Counted from the stretch's first letter, positions 39,700-51,376 are shown. The stretch is 64,000 bases of DNA from Methanobacteriota archaeon (GCA_014239955.1 JAAZXW010000019.1:53298-117297), one strand, 5' to 3'. A program made the numbers and translations. The notes: generated by a model not told the origin, from the sequence alone.

Positions 39700-40803
39700 A
39701 TGGGAGTAGCATGGAGGCTTTTCGGGAATCCAGCACTTCGTCTTATTGACTCGGAAAATGCCCATTCAATCTCCATGAAAGCTCTGAAAACAATTGGCGA
39801 GACTCAATCGGGGCAATCATTGCTTAATGCGTTATACGGGTCTCCTGAGGTGCCGATTGAAGTGTTCGGTAAGTTATTCCACCATCCTCTTGGATTAGCC
39901 CCTGGTTTTGATAAAGGCGCAGAGGCACTTTTGTCCTGGTCAGCAATGGGATTCTCATGGTGCGAATATGGTGGTGTCACTAGGTATCCGCAGGACGGGA
40001 ATGCCAAACCCAGGATGTTTAGGGCTAACAAACACCACGCACTAGTAAACAAAATGGGTTTCAATAACCCAGGTGCTTCGGAGATGCGCAAAAGGCTTAG
40101 TGCAAGGAAGTCCGCAAACAGATGGCCGAAGTCTCCAGTTGCCGCAAATATTGGTCGTTCTAAGAAGGTACCAAATGAGCACGCGGCTGATGATTATGCA
40201 GCGACACTAGAGTTGCTGTGGGACCATGCGGACATGTTTGTACTGAACATTTCTTCACCGAATACGCCAGGACTTAGGGATCTTCAGGGCCATGAATACC
40301 TCGGGTCGATATTAAAATCTTGTAATTCTATTAGATCTATGAAGGGTCATTCAAAACCCATCCTATTGAAGCTGTCTCCGGACACTAATGATGATGATAT
40401 TAGGGATACTGTTTCGTTTTCACAACAAATGGGAATAGATGGCATAGTCGCTACCAATACCACAATCAAAAGACCCATTCCGCTATCAACTCAGTCGCGA
40501 AAAGCATTCTCGAGCGAGGGGGGCCTGTCTGGTCGGCCATTGCATTCTCGAGCGTTAGAAGTAATCAATATGGTGTATGATGAAACCGACGGAAAGTTGC
40601 CAATCGTTGGAGTGGGGGGAATTGACTCCAAGGACTCGGCTTGGGAGGCAATAATCTCTGGGGCGTCGCTAATTCAACTTTATTCTGCACTTGTGTTCAA
40701 TGGCCCTACAGTAGTGTCATCTATCGTTAAGGGCCTGAAGAAGAGGGTCAACGAGTCTGGCTTTTCTTCTATTAACGAAGCCGTTGGATACAAACACATT
40801 TAG
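39700..40803 (+). CDS. pyrD: Quinone-dependent (class 2) dihydroorotate dehydrogenase
   Basis: GLAPGFDK, QDGNAKPRMFR, NKMGFNN, NISSPNTPGLR, KLSPD, GGLSG, QLYSAL. Confidence 0.95.
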   Translation: MGVAWRLFGNPALRLIDSENAHSISMKALKTIGETQSGQSLLNALYGSPEVPIEVFGKLFHHPLGLAPGFDKGAEALLSWSAMGFSWCEYGGVTRYPQDGNAKPRMFRANKHHALVNKMGFNNPGASEMRKRLSARKSANRWPKSPVAANIGRSKKVPNEHAADDYAATLELLWDHADMFVLNISSPNTPGLRDLQGHEYLGSILKSCNSIRSMKGHSKPILLKLSPDTNDDDIRDTVSFSQQMGIDGIVATNTTIKRPIPLSTQSRKAFSSEGGLSGRPLHSRALEVINMVYDETDGKLPIVGVGGIDSKDSAWEAIISGASLIQLYSALVFNGPTVVSSIVKGLKKRVNESGFSSINEAVGYKHI

Positions 40804-40825
40804 CGAGGGGTTGTGAGAATATGTC

Positions 40826-41206
40826 ATGGCACTAACTAGGATCACACGACTTGCAATAGTATTCGGCTCATCAATCGCCATACTGGGCCTAATGATGGCA
40901 AGCGTGGATCCAGAGGTTCAGTATTCAGTAGATGAGATAATGAACGAGCCTGAAAGATTTCAAGATAGCAAGGTTTTCGTTAGGGGGGTTGTGTCTCCTG
41001 AATCTATTGACAATTCGGATATGAGATTCATGCTTGACGGTACTTCCCACGAGATATTGGTTGACTTTGCTGATTCTCCAATACCTGACGGCTTTGACGA
41101 AGGTCGAACCATTGCTGTCCGCGGCAATCTGAATTTTCAGAATGGGTTCTGGATAATTGACTCATACGAAATTCAGACGGGATGCCCTTCAAAATACGAG
41201 TCATGA
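40826..41206 (+). CDS. ccmE: Cytochrome c maturation protein CcmE (CxxxY type)
   Basis: N-terminal TM helix, OB fold VRGVV..PDGF-EG, terminal GCPSKYE. Confidence 0.85.
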   Translation: MALTRITRLAIVFGSSIAILGLMMASVDPEVQYSVDEIMNEPERFQDSKVFVRGVVSPESIDNSDMRFMLDGTSHEILVDFADSPIPDGFDEGRTIAVRGNLNFQNGFWIIDSYEIQTGCPSKYES

Positions 41207-41246
41207 GCACTGGTCATGTTCATACGTGACCTCTGTACGCTAAATA

Positions 41247-41553
41247 TGGGCTAGGGGGGGAGTTGACGTGCTCTATTTTTCACAAATCGTCGAAAATGGT
41301 GACCCGAAGTCCGAGGGCGGCGCAAACGAACCTCTGGAATTACTCCAGTTGACTGCGATGTCTCGCCCCCAAGAGATCCAGGTTGGCGGGAGGGAAATCC
41401 GGAGGGATTTCCCGAGCGTCTTATGCCCGGGAACCAGGTCAGGCGCGGAAGCGAGCAGCCCGACCGGGGATGCTGGATGCCTTGGGACTTCGGGACGGAG
41501 AAGACTGGAGTGCAAGTTCCATTGGTGACGAGCGTCCACCGAGGACATGCCCA
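41247..41553 (+). ncRNA. ffs: Archaeal SRP (7S) RNA
   Basis: Helix 6 GGGAAATCC-GGAG-GGATTTCCC; helix 8 GTCAGGCGC-GGAA-GCGAGCAGC; terminal TGGGC/GCCCA pairing; about 305 nt, ends approximate. Confidence 0.9.
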
Positions 41554-41564
41554 CCAATCGAGAC

Positions 41565-42053
41565 TCAGGACGATAGTCTCGAAATTTCATCGGCACCCAC
41601 ACCGCCCATTGAACACACAATGCTGAAGTGTTCACTGGAAACTGGCTGTACAGACAATCTTTGGCCCCTCTGCAATAGAGGCATCCCTTCTAAATCGCCA
41701 TTGGCTCTCATATCAGGTAGGCCAATGGCATCGAGGGCTGATATCGGTTCTATATCGACCATCATCCATCGTGGATTATCCGGTGTTGCCTTGGGATCAA
41801 AATACTTAGAATCTACATTCTGAGCGGTAAAGTCGGGATATCCCTCCTTGCAGACTTTGGCTACGCCTGCCACATGTGGTGGTTTGCAATTTGAATGGTA
41901 GAAAAGAACAAAGTCACCTACAGACATTTTGTCTCTCATAATATTCCGTGCTTGGTAGTTCCTAACTCCATCCCAATGTGTCGACCCATCAATAACAAGT
42001 TGCTCCCATGGATAGACATTGGGTTCGCTTTTCATCAGCCAATAATTTACCAT
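41565..42053 (-). CDS. EVE domain protein
   Basis: YWLMKSEP, WDGVRNYQARN, FYHSN, YFDPK, RLSVQPV. Confidence 0.93.
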   Translation of the reverse strand: MVNYWLMKSEPNVYPWEQLVIDGSTHWDGVRNYQARNIMRDKMSVGDFVLFYHSNCKPPHVAGVAKVCKEGYPDFTAQNVDSKYFDPKATPDNPRWMMVDIEPISALDAIGLPDMRANGDLEGMPLLQRGQRLSVQPVSSEHFSIVCSMGGVGADEISRLSS

Positions 42054-42090
42054 GTAAATCGTAGCCATAGGAAGGCAATCAACATTGGCT

Positions 42091-45063
42091 TCACCATGCA
42101 TCCCTAGTTTGTTCGAAAACAACTGCGTCGCGCGTAATGTCGGAAGTACCCTTACTAGTTACGATATTGTTCAAACCTGCCGTTTTCACCATTGCTGACA
42201 TTCCCCCAGTGAGTCCAAGATTCGAAGTCACCATGAAGGAGTAGATGGCTGGCAACAATAGTAATGCCGACAATGCTGCTACAGTGAGTAGAATGATGAC
42301 TACTGTAACGAACGGTGCGATTGCATCGATTTTAATGCCATAAGCACAGGTCAATCCAGCAGCTGTAACAGTTGTTGCTTCGAAAAGACTCATCCCCGTA
42401 CTTGCACAGGCCGTACGAATCGCATCCAATGAACCACCCAATTCCTTCACCCTGTTAGCAATGTGAATGGAAAAGTCAATTCCAACACCAACTAGAATTG
42501 AGCCAATCATCACAGTCACGAGCGAAAGGGTGACACCCCCGGTGTCCATAACTAGCCATTGCATTGCAACCGTGAAGCCAACAGGAATTGTAGTTAGAAG
42601 TGCAAATCTGATATCTCTGAATACCAGCGCTAGTGTGATCACAGTAAAACCTAAGGCGAATGCAAGAGATGACCATTGGGATTCAACGATCAGTTTATTC
42701 ACCTCGATTGTGATGGAAGCAACCCCAATTAGGGTGTCACCTAATACGGAAATAGGGTTCTCTGAGTCTCCGGCGGCCCTGGCCCAATTATTGATCTGTT
42801 CAGCGGTCACGGCAGTAGATTTGACATCCATGAATGGCATATCGATGTAGATCAGCGTTCTCTGGTAATCGGGTGAAATGAAGAGCTCTCGCATTTCCTC
42901 TGTCATGCTGTTGTAGAATACGTATATCAGAAAATTCTGAACCTGCCTCCCGCCATCATCCTCTTGGGCGTCCAAAGTATCTAGAATGGTCCAGAAGGAT
43001 ACGTTTCCGGACTGTTCACGGTCGAATATCAGCTCTGCTACCTCCTTAATTGGCTCTGGGACGGGGTAATCGTCCAGAACATCTTGAATGATGTCGTTTA
43101 TTGGTGATCCAGAGACATTGACACCTACGGCAATTGCCTTCATTAGGAAGACTATTGACACTGCAGTGGCGTTTTCTACGTCATTGCAATTAGATTCTAG
43201 ATTCTCGATTCCCTCGAGATTAGCATAGGGGTGTTCTGCTGTAATCGATCCTATGCCAAATTCTGGTTCTGCCTGAATGTTGGCCTCAACGAGCAAGAAT
43301 CCAGGTTGGCCTGCCTCGAACTCATTTGAGTAGACTTCCATTTTCTGAACTGCCTCGACCTCATTGGGGGCCATTTTCAGGAGATCGATATTTTCCTCTA
43401 CATTCTGTCGATTATATCCTGCTGAGATTAGCATCAGTGTAAGAAATAATGCGAGTGTCACTCGAGACCACTTCACTGGCAAGTTAACTGCTGCAACGAA
43501 GACTTTCGGAGGGGGATGAGAGGGTTTTTTCAGATCGAGTAGAATTGTTAGATTGGGGACCATTAGCATAGTCATGAAGTAAACCACGACAATCCCGCCC
43601 GCCAAAGCCCAACCAACGGTCTGAATGGGCTTCATGGGTGCAAAGGTAAGTGAAATGAAGCCAATTACCGTGGTCATTGCAGACAGGAATACCGCCCGAC
43701 CAGTGGAGTTCAGAGCAGCGGCCATCTTCTCATGCGGGGTGCCCTTGGATTCAGCATACCTGTTTGTGATGTGGAGCCCATAAGAAACCCCTAACGAGAG
43801 GATTATTGGCCCTACAAGAATCACAGTCATAGTGACTTCGTAATCAATCAAACCGATTATCCCCAGTGTAACCCAGACAGCACAAAGAGTAGGCAAGCCG
43901 GCGATAATCACAACCTTGATTCCTTGAACGAAACGAATCCGTCCTGTTTGGAGTAAGTCGCAATGGAATATGAACAGCATGAATGCAACGATAACACATC
44001 CTTGCGGGAAGGCCTCCCAGAACATCTTGAATGACTCCTCGGTTACGGCATTAGTCAGAGGTGCCGGTCCAGTTAGTGTCATCCTGAGGCACAACGAATC
44101 TTCCTCAATAGGGCACTTGCCCTGGGAATCCGGGGTGCCCCAGTTGTTGTTCTCACCGATTGCATCAATCTTTCCTTGGGTTTGGGTAACAATATCTCCA
44201 ACTGACATGTCTCCGGTTTCATCTGCAATTCCTATGATTATCACTGCACGATTCCAACCATAAGCGCTGAGTTCTTCCGTGGACGTACCGACATCTCTGA
44301 CTAATTTGTCTAAGGCGTTCTGGGGCATTTCTTGGAGAATCTGGTTGACTCTCTGTTGTTCATCGGGAATGGCATAGTTCCCAATCAGATCGCTCTGAGC
44401 ATCTATCGTCTCATTTATCTCATCCGAGAGTTGCTGATTCCCCGTAGCTTCTGCAAGACCGGAAAAGAAGGCCTTGACAACACGACCTCCGCTTGAGTTA
44501 ACTTCCTTAATAACTGTAGAAATCGATAGCACGTAGATAACGTTGTCATCGGCCCCTTTATCGTTCGTCTGATTATTGATTACCCTCTCGACACTATCAA
44601 TTTGGTCAAGTATGTTAATCTGGGTGACATTGTAGTTATACGATTCCACGTATATTACCATGACATTTGTAGTCCAGTCTTTCTCCACTTGAGCAATGAG
44701 ATTCTTTACGCTGTGCGGGTCATCATCGGTCGGCAGGTAAACCTCCAAGTCACCATTCACGTTTAGGGCGGCCTCTTCACTGCAGAATGCTGGATTGTCA
44801 AAACTATCTCTACAATCCAATACCCCAGAGTGAGGAAGTAGTGACAAAGTGAAAACAAGCGATAATAGAACAGCCCAAATTGGGAACATTGTAAGTATGC
44901 TGGAGCTATTTGACTCTCGGAATTTCCTTCGGATACGGTTGTTAAACATAGCAATCGATCCTTTGATTTTCTCTGAATCAGTATTAGAAATACCAGTTCT
45001 TGCGCCATCGATTATTGAGTTGAATGACGTGCCTAATGAGTCGCCGATACGCTTCTTCGCCAT
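42091..45063 (-). CDS. RND/MMPL superfamily transporter
   Basis: Two halves with TM bundles; LGVSYGLHI and GVGIDFSIHI, TGRAVFLSAMTT. Confidence 0.88.
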   Translation of the reverse strand: MAKKRIGDSLGTSFNSIIDGARTGISNTDSEKIKGSIAMFNNRIRRKFRESNSSSILTMFPIWAVLLSLVFTLSLLPHSGVLDCRDSFDNPAFCSEEAALNVNGDLEVYLPTDDDPHSVKNLIAQVEKDWTTNVMVIYVESYNYNVTQINILDQIDSVERVINNQTNDKGADDNVIYVLSISTVIKEVNSSGGRVVKAFFSGLAEATGNQQLSDEINETIDAQSDLIGNYAIPDEQQRVNQILQEMPQNALDKLVRDVGTSTEELSAYGWNRAVIIIGIADETGDMSVGDIVTQTQGKIDAIGENNNWGTPDSQGKCPIEEDSLCLRMTLTGPAPLTNAVTEESFKMFWEAFPQGCVIVAFMLFIFHCDLLQTGRIRFVQGIKVVIIAGLPTLCAVWVTLGIIGLIDYEVTMTVILVGPIILSLGVSYGLHITNRYAESKGTPHEKMAAALNSTGRAVFLSAMTTVIGFISLTFAPMKPIQTVGWALAGGIVVVYFMTMLMVPNLTILLDLKKPSHPPPKVFVAAVNLPVKWSRVTLALFLTLMLISAGYNRQNVEENIDLLKMAPNEVEAVQKMEVYSNEFEAGQPGFLLVEANIQAEPEFGIGSITAEHPYANLEGIENLESNCNDVENATAVSIVFLMKAIAVGVNVSGSPINDIIQDVLDDYPVPEPIKEVAELIFDREQSGNVSFWTILDTLDAQEDDGGRQVQNFLIYVFYNSMTEEMRELFISPDYQRTLIYIDMPFMDVKSTAVTAEQINNWARAAGDSENPISVLGDTLIGVASITIEVNKLIVESQWSSLAFALGFTVITLALVFRDIRFALLTTIPVGFTVAMQWLVMDTGGVTLSLVTVMIGSILVGVGIDFSIHIANRVKELGGSLDAIRTACASTGMSLFEATTVTAAGLTCAYGIKIDAIAPFVTVVIILLTVAALSALLLLPAIYSFMVTSNLGLTGGMSAMVKTAGLNNIVTSKGTSDITRDAVVFEQTRDAW

Positions 45064-45191
45064 GTCGCTCCTGCTACGACGTGAAACGGCATACCTTCAA
45101 CCCCTCGGAAGACATGTTTCGTGATGTGTATTTTTGCAATGACACGGCAATGGTCAAGAACGCCAGACTTTTCCAATAATATGGTGACACT

Positions 45192-47672
45192 GTGGGTGGG
45201 CCAAGAATTTCTGATAAGAGATGGAGCGTTGACCTTGAGAAGCGCATACAAGAGTCACACTTCTCAGAAGAATCATATCGCGAAAGATATAGTTTCGATC
45301 CTTGTAGCGAAAGAGAGATTTTCGTAATTGATACCCCTCCCCCATACCCTAGTGGGGCATGGCATATTGGTGCAGTGGCTCAGTACAGCATGATAGATGT
45401 CATAGCAAGAAGTCAGCGTTTACTGGGAAAGGAAGTCAGATTCCCGTGGGGGGTTGATCGCAATGGCATCAACATCGAGTTCACGGTCGAGAAGAAAACT
45501 GGAAAAAAGATGAGGACATTCGATAGGGCAGAGTTCTTGGACATTTGTTCCCAGACTATAGAAGAATACACACAAGCAATGCGTAAGACTGCAAAACGAG
45601 TGGGATTATCTTGCGACTATGATAATGAATACCTAACCGATTCGCCTGACTATCGTGCAGTTTCACAGTCAATATTTGTTGATTTATTCAAGAGTGGCGA
45701 TATTGTAGAGGATCTGAGACCAAATATCTACGATCCAGTGGAAGGCACCACAATTGCCGAAGCAGAGGTTCAGAGAATTCAACGCAGAACAAATTTATGT
45801 CAAGTGATTTGGACAACTGAAGATGGTGAGGACATTACCATTTCAACAACTAGACCAGAGATGATATGCGCATGTGGCGTCGTGATGGTTCACCCCGATG
45901 ATCCACGATACTCTCACTTAGTTGGGAAGAGGGTGAATCTCCCCTTGCCAGTCTCCGAAAGAGGGGGGAATGTCGAGGTTATGGCGCATCCATCTGTGAA
46001 GAAGGATTTTGGTAGCGGGATTCTGATGGTCTGTTCTTTTGGAGATCAGAATGACGTAGCAATATTCAGGGAACTAGGTTTAAGGCCATTCGTAGCAATT
46101 AATTTAGAAGGCGAAATGACTGAAATCTCGGGCCCACTTAGGGGGATGAAAGTCAGTGATGCAAGAATCGAGGCGACTAAACTACTGCAGGACTCTAACC
46201 GCTTGGAGTCCACCGAGGAAAGAAACCAGGAAATTCCAGTGAGTGAGAGGGGTGGAAACCCAATCGAAATCATTCTTCTCAAGGAATGGTATGTCAGGCA
46301 AACCCATGTCCTAGATAGACTAGTTGATCTATCCAAGAGTAGCCGATTCATTCCCGAGAGAAATAGGCAGTACCTTCATGATTGGGTTGATGGTATTTCC
46401 ATTGATTGGCCAATTAGTCGAAGGAGATGGTACCACACTGAGGTCCCAATATGGTACTCTGAAGATGGAACAAAGGTAATTGTTCCACCTAAAGGAGTAT
46501 ATGTCCAACCCTGGAGAGAGGGGCCCCCTCAGGGTTCTGAGGTAATTGAAAGGGAAACGAAGGATCATTTGGGTGAATTTTCTAAACTAGAAGAAAGTCT
46601 CGGGGAGATTTCTGGCGAAGAGAAAGTTTTCGATACGTGGATGGACTCGTCGAACTCCAACCTGTTTGTTTCAGGATATTTGAACCAACCAGATCTGTTC
46701 AATCGATCATTTCCCACATCTATTCGCCCCCAAGGCAAAGAAATTGTCAGAACTTGGTTGTACTATACTTTACTAAAGAGTGCCTTACTATTTGACAAAC
46801 CGGCATTCCAGAATATTTGGGTCGATGGACTTGGGATGGATCCATGGGGCAGGAAGATGTCAAAGTCTCTGGGCAATGGGATTGACGCAGATAGCGTTCT
46901 AGAATGTGGAGCTGGCGGGCGCACTGGCTCTTGGAAGCTCAAGGGGGCCGATGGAAAGCAAGTTACTCTCAAGGCAAATAAGATTGGTAGTGAATGCTTT
47001 CGCCTCTGGAAGGCGTGTGATGCACAAGTAGGAGATGACTTCCACATCAATCCAGAAGAAATTGAGACCAAGTATTACGGGGTACTAACGAAAATCTTCA
47101 ACATCGCTAGGTTTGCTAGCCAGTTCGATGCCCCAAAAAATCTTGAATCTCCGCCAGAACTGGAAATTGAAGACATCTGGATACTCGCTGAGTTCGACTC
47201 CACACTTTCTGACGTTCAGTCTGCATGGGTGGATATCGACATATACACTGCAGCACAGTCAATCAAGTCGTTTGGTACTGGGATTTTCCCAAGCCACTGG
47301 TTGGAGATGTCTAAATCGAGAATCTATGGTGAGGACAAATCGGCCATATGGACCCTACACAGGATTGTTCGGGATCTGATGAGTGCCTTCTCTCCGATAT
47401 GCCCTTTCTTCACACATTATCTCAGCACCACCCTATATGGCAGTAGCTCTGTCGATGTGAGGGACTTTCCACAATTACCACACTCATGTGGGGTCGAACG
47501 ATTCGATGAATTTCGTTCTCTAACCAATACTCTAGAGGAATTCAATTCAATGGTCTGGAAGGCAAAGAAGGATCTCGGAATATCTCTGAAATCTCCGATT
47601 TCTGGCATTGATATACCTGAGAAACTAGCACCCTTTGCTAGTGCCCTTACACAAATGCATAACTTGGAATGA
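45192..47672 (+). CDS. valS: Valyl-tRNA synthetase
   Basis: IDTPPPYPSG-HIG, TTRPE, DWPISRRR, VFDTWMDSS, RPQGKEI, KMSKS. Confidence 0.95.
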   Translation: MGGPRISDKRWSVDLEKRIQESHFSEESYRERYSFDPCSEREIFVIDTPPPYPSGAWHIGAVAQYSMIDVIARSQRLLGKEVRFPWGVDRNGINIEFTVEKKTGKKMRTFDRAEFLDICSQTIEEYTQAMRKTAKRVGLSCDYDNEYLTDSPDYRAVSQSIFVDLFKSGDIVEDLRPNIYDPVEGTTIAEAEVQRIQRRTNLCQVIWTTEDGEDITISTTRPEMICACGVVMVHPDDPRYSHLVGKRVNLPLPVSERGGNVEVMAHPSVKKDFGSGILMVCSFGDQNDVAIFRELGLRPFVAINLEGEMTEISGPLRGMKVSDARIEATKLLQDSNRLESTEERNQEIPVSERGGNPIEIILLKEWYVRQTHVLDRLVDLSKSSRFIPERNRQYLHDWVDGISIDWPISRRRWYHTEVPIWYSEDGTKVIVPPKGVYVQPWREGPPQGSEVIERETKDHLGEFSKLEESLGEISGEEKVFDTWMDSSNSNLFVSGYLNQPDLFNRSFPTSIRPQGKEIVRTWLYYTLLKSALLFDKPAFQNIWVDGLGMDPWGRKMSKSLGNGIDADSVLECGAGGRTGSWKLKGADGKQVTLKANKIGSECFRLWKACDAQVGDDFHINPEEIETKYYGVLTKIFNIARFASQFDAPKNLESPPELEIEDIWILAEFDSTLSDVQSAWVDIDIYTAAQSIKSFGTGIFPSHWLEMSKSRIYGEDKSAIWTLHRIVRDLMSAFSPICPFFTHYLSTTLYGSSSVDVRDFPQLPHSCGVERFDEFRSLTNTLEEFNSMVWKAKKDLGISLKSPISGIDIPEKLAPFASALTQMHNLE

Positions 47673-47688
47673 TGCTCATTATGCAAGG

Positions 47689-48657
47689 TTAGTTGAGTGA
47701 GGTACTAGTTTCACCGGTCTCGAAGAATTCGATCAGCAGTTTTGCCATCTCGATACCGATCCTGGATTGGGCTTCCAAAGTGGATGCGGCTATGTGAGGG
47801 GTTCCATGAAATGAATCGAAATCAAGAAGTGGGCTATCGCCCAGGGGTTCATTATCGAATACATCAAGTGCAAGGGTTCGCAGTTGACCGGTCTCCAATG
47901 CCTTCACAGCATCTTTTTCATCGACAATTCCGCCCCTTGCGCAGCTGACAATATGATTCCCACATTCTATGCCATCGGCCCCTATCCCAGGCATCAATGA
48001 TATCCTATCCAAATTTACTAAATTTCGAGTTTCATCTGTGAGGTTACAATGAACCGAAATATGAGTACAGTGACGAAAAATCTCATCCACATCATTGTGC
48101 ATTATGGCCTCACTATTTTCTCCACTAACGTATGGGTCGTATGCATGGACTTCCATTCCAAATGACCTCGCAGCCTGAGCTACCCCTCGTGAGATTCTTC
48201 CGAACCCGAGTAGGCCGAGTCTTTTACCGCCAATCTCCGAGCCCCTGAGTCTCTTCTTAGCCCAATCACCGGCACGAAGATTCCTGTCCGCAGTAGCGAT
48301 ATTCCTAGTTGAAGCAATTAGGTGGCCGATAGTCAATTCTACAACACTTCGAGTTGAAGCACCTGGTGTGTTACAAACAACAATTCCATATTTTGTAGCT
48401 TCATTGATATCTATGTTGTCCACTCCTACACCAGCCCTGCCAATGAAGCGAATGCCCCCTTCCGCAGTTAACGATGATGAAATCTGTTGGGCTGTAAGCT
48501 TTGTAGCACTTCGGATTACAACAGCATCAAACCGAGTAAGAGAACCGTTAGAAATCTCCTCTGGTTCATGATGCCTCACTTCGACTTCATAGCCTTCATT
48601 CTCGAGCATTGCGATCGCTTTGTGGGACAGGCCGTCCGTCACTGCTATGCGAGCCAT
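47689..48657 (-). CDS. D-2-hydroxyacid / phosphoglycerate dehydrogenase family (no ACT domain)
   Basis: [39 protein letters not shown]. Confidence 0.88.
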   Translation of the reverse strand: MARIAVTDGLSHKAIAMLENEGYEVEVRHHEPEEISNGSLTRFDAVVIRSATKLTAQQISSSLTAEGGIRFIGRAGVGVDNIDINEATKYGIVVCNTPGASTRSVVELTIGHLIASTRNIATADRNLRAGDWAKKRLRGSEIGGKRLGLLGFGRISRGVAQAARSFGMEVHAYDPYVSGENSEAIMHNDVDEIFRHCTHISVHCNLTDETRNLVNLDRISLMPGIGADGIECGNHIVSCARGGIVDEKDAVKALETGQLRTLALDVFDNEPLGDSPLLDFDSFHGTPHIAASTLEAQSRIGIEMAKLLIEFFETGETSTSLN

Positions 48658-48747
48658 GATACAACCTGGGGAACGATGTGCATCAACATTGTGAGATTCG
48701 GTTCCGGTGGATTGATATCTACCACCCCTAATTCGATATTAGATACC

Positions 48748-49341
48748 ATGGGATTTGAATTGCCTGAACTTGAATATGATTATGACGCACTAGAACCGCA
48801 CATTGATGCAGAAACAATGGAGTTACACCATTCCAAGCATCATGCTGGATATACCTCCAAACTGAATGCAGCAATAGAAGGAACAGAATTGGATGGATTG
48901 GGCATTGAGGAACTTATGACTGGGCATTTCGATAATGCAGCAGTCAGAAATAACGGCGGGGGATACTGGAACCACGAGATGTTTTGGAAAACCATGGGCC
49001 CTAATGGTGGGGGAGAACCTAATGGCGACCTTGCAAATGCAATTACCGACACATTTGGATCATTTGATTCAATGAAAGAGCAATTTGCTAACGCTGCAAT
49101 GACTCGATTTGGTAGTGGTTGGGCATGGCTATGTGTAGCAAATGGCACATTATGCATTTGTTCTACGCCAAACCAGGATAATCCCCTGATGACCGGTGAA
49201 GGCATCCCAATTCTCGGTGTCGATGTATGGGAGCACGCTTACTACAAGAGCTACGGTCCCGGCAGAGCCAACTACATCCAAGCATGGTGGAACGTAGTGG
49301 ATTGGAATATGGTCGCTACGAATTATGAAGGTGCAATTTAG
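48748..49341 (+). CDS. sod: Fe/Mn superoxide dismutase
   Basis: [37 protein letters not shown]. Confidence 0.96.
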   Translation: MGFELPELEYDYDALEPHIDAETMELHHSKHHAGYTSKLNAAIEGTELDGLGIEELMTGHFDNAAVRNNGGGYWNHEMFWKTMGPNGGGEPNGDLANAITDTFGSFDSMKEQFANAAMTRFGSGWAWLCVANGTLCICSTPNQDNPLMTGEGIPILGVDVWEHAYYKSYGPGRANYIQAWWNVVDWNMVATNYEGAI

Positions 49342-49345
49342 CAAA

Positions 49346-49352
49346 TTTTTTT
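49346..49352 (+). terminator. Oligo-T archaeal terminator after sod
   Basis: T7 run 5 nt after the stop codon. Confidence 0.45.
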
Positions 49353-49398
49353 CGTATAAATACAATTTCATTATAGTGGCGAAACTGCACGCGAAGAC

Positions 49399-50472
49399 GT
49401 GACCGATGATTACGAGGCGTTGCTCACATCTGTTCTGATTCTCATTTCGCCAGTATTTTTTGCTCTTCCAGTATCTATAGCATGGAGATGGTGGGTTGGT
49501 ATCGAACCTGAGCACGAGCATTACAGGGAGAAAGTGCGTAGAGTATTGGATGCAGGGATGCCGCTAGTTCGATACAGGGGTGAGCTAGATTCCGAAGCTA
49601 GAAGGGTACACCTGTCATCAGAAAGGCAGGCTAGGATTGAGTCAGATCTGCTGCATAGACTAAGGGTTCAGCACTTCCTACTTTTCCCGAGTCTGATTCT
49701 ATGGCCATTAGTGGGCATTTTCGCAGCCATCATCAGTATACCAATGATGCCGTTCTTGAGACTAGTGGAGTGGATACTTATTGACAAGAGAGCGCTATCT
49801 GCTGTAGCAATAGTGATTCAGAAGTATACTCGCTGGGAGATAATTGGCATCCCCCGGTTGGATGACGGTTCGAAGCAGTTTGGAAAGGCACTAGCATCAA
49901 TTCATAGAATGCCGACTACTGTGTTTCTTGGTCTGTTCGCATATCTGATAGTTTCATACTCGCCTATGAGTTCTTTCCACGTGCTACTGCTGAGTGCTTT
50001 AGTTTACATCATATTAGTTTCAGCAATTTCTGTCATTAGAGCCGCAACTGAAAGCACACTTACATTCGCAGATCCCACTAATAGGAGGATAATCCCTATG
50101 GAGTCATATGTCGATGAGAAACTTGGCCCATGGGTAGGGGTGGGTCTGGTATTCCTACTATCTAGGCAATTGATGTATGGCTCAAAGATACGTACGGGCG
50201 AATTACTGATTGATCCGGTCCCATTTTCTATTAGCGTACTGCTAGTCCTTTACACTGCAACAATAATTGGGATAACCGTTGAGATTCTGTTCTTTAGGAA
50301 TAGGGGAAATGGAGTTAGAATGGCATTCCAAGAACAGATGGTTGAGGTTTTCAATCCAGATGTATATCTGTTCAATAGGAATATGGGTTCTCTAAGACTA
50401 ATTCCATTGATGCCACTTTCCGTCTGGCTAGAATCAGATGAGGATTATGATGCAATAGTCACGGATAACTGA
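49399..50472 (+). CDS. Hypothetical polytopic membrane protein
   Basis: About 6 hydrophobic segments. Confidence 0.7.
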   Translation: MTDDYEALLTSVLILISPVFFALPVSIAWRWWVGIEPEHEHYREKVRRVLDAGMPLVRYRGELDSEARRVHLSSERQARIESDLLHRLRVQHFLLFPSLILWPLVGIFAAIISIPMMPFLRLVEWILIDKRALSAVAIVIQKYTRWEIIGIPRLDDGSKQFGKALASIHRMPTTVFLGLFAYLIVSYSPMSSFHVLLLSALVYIILVSAISVIRAATESTLTFADPTNRRIIPMESYVDEKLGPWVGVGLVFLLSRQLMYGSKIRTGELLIDPVPFSISVLLVLYTATIIGITVEILFFRNRGNGVRMAFQEQMVEVFNPDVYLFNRNMGSLRLIPLMPLSVWLESDEDYDAIVTDN

Positions 50473-51367
50473 GTAGCTCCATTGAGAAGTTGCCCCCATC
50501 AATTTGTACAACTTCTGTTGACGATTCCCCTAGTCGTATCATTGCAAGTGCATGGGTGATTCCATCTATGGAAATTGAAGAGCTAACGGAAATTGAACCG
50601 AAATCAGTAATGGGATGCTTGCCAATCTCAAGAGGGGAGCTCCCAGTGAGCCTACAAAAATTCTTGATAGTCCTGCCTCGGCTCTCTATTCTTGCGTGTA
50701 CTTCTTGGCCCGGATAGCATCCCTTATCGTTGCTGACAAGGGTACCCATTCCCATTTCTTCCGGAAGATTACCCAATGCATCATTTATGGTAGGGTCGCC
50801 AATCATAATTCTGCATATTTCCCATCTTTCGGAGTCCATTTCCTCATAGTCTAATCCACTAAGAAGTGATTTGATAGAATTTACATTGTCCGATTTTACA
50901 AGAATATCGAGTCGGTCACAAAATGTTGATTCTCGCTTAACGAAAAGATGGTCGCCCGACTCAATTAACTGGTTGGCTTCTGCGGCATGGTAATTTATTC
51001 CAAATTCGGAGAGCTTCTCATGGGAATCGTTAGAGAATATGGATATTCGGAAAATTGCATTATCGGCAATCAAAATTTCGCAATCTTCATCCCATGAAGT
51101 TCCATCTACCAATGTTCTGCGTGTGATCTCGTGCTGTGCAGCAGAAGAAATAAGGAGGACTTTTCCAGAAATGGCATATACCGTCCCATAGTCACATATT
51201 CGACCATTATAATCGCAGAATAGCGCATCCCTACAGGCCAAATTTGACATGTCTAATATTTTGGTTGATACCATTCTGTCTAGAACGTTGAGAGAATCGA
51301 CCCCCTGGATCAAGGTAACAGCATCAGATCGGACATAATATTCCGATCGTGGGTTTGAAAGTGACAA
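50459..51367 (-). CDS. ygfZ: YgfZ/GcvT-family folate-binding Fe-S maturation protein
   Basis: KGCYPGQEVHAR signature. Confidence 0.85.
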   Translation of the reverse strand: MSLSNPRSEYYVRSDAVTLIQGVDSLNVLDRMVSTKILDMSNLACRDALFCDYNGRICDYGTVYAISGKVLLISSAAQHEITRRTLVDGTSWDEDCEILIADNAIFRISIFSNDSHEKLSEFGINYHAAEANQLIESGDHLFVKRESTFCDRLDILVKSDNVNSIKSLLSGLDYEEMDSERWEICRIMIGDPTINDALGNLPEEMGMGTLVSNDKGCYPGQEVHARIESRGRTIKNFCRLTGSSPLEIGKHPITDFGSISVSSSISIDGITHALAMIRLGESSTEVVQIDGGNFSMELLSYP

Positions 51368-51376
51368 AAAACGACC

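Noticed and set aside
41268-41635. Overlapping ORFs of 67-146 aa in the GC-rich segment after ccmE
   Set aside because: Explained by the SRP RNA (helix 6 and helix 8 signatures); the ORFs are spurious.
48487-48747. N-terminal extensions in the ORF track (sod, thyA, folA, rps19e, queD, CNNM)
   Set aside because: They overlap neighbouring genes or promoters; homology starts at downstream ATGs.
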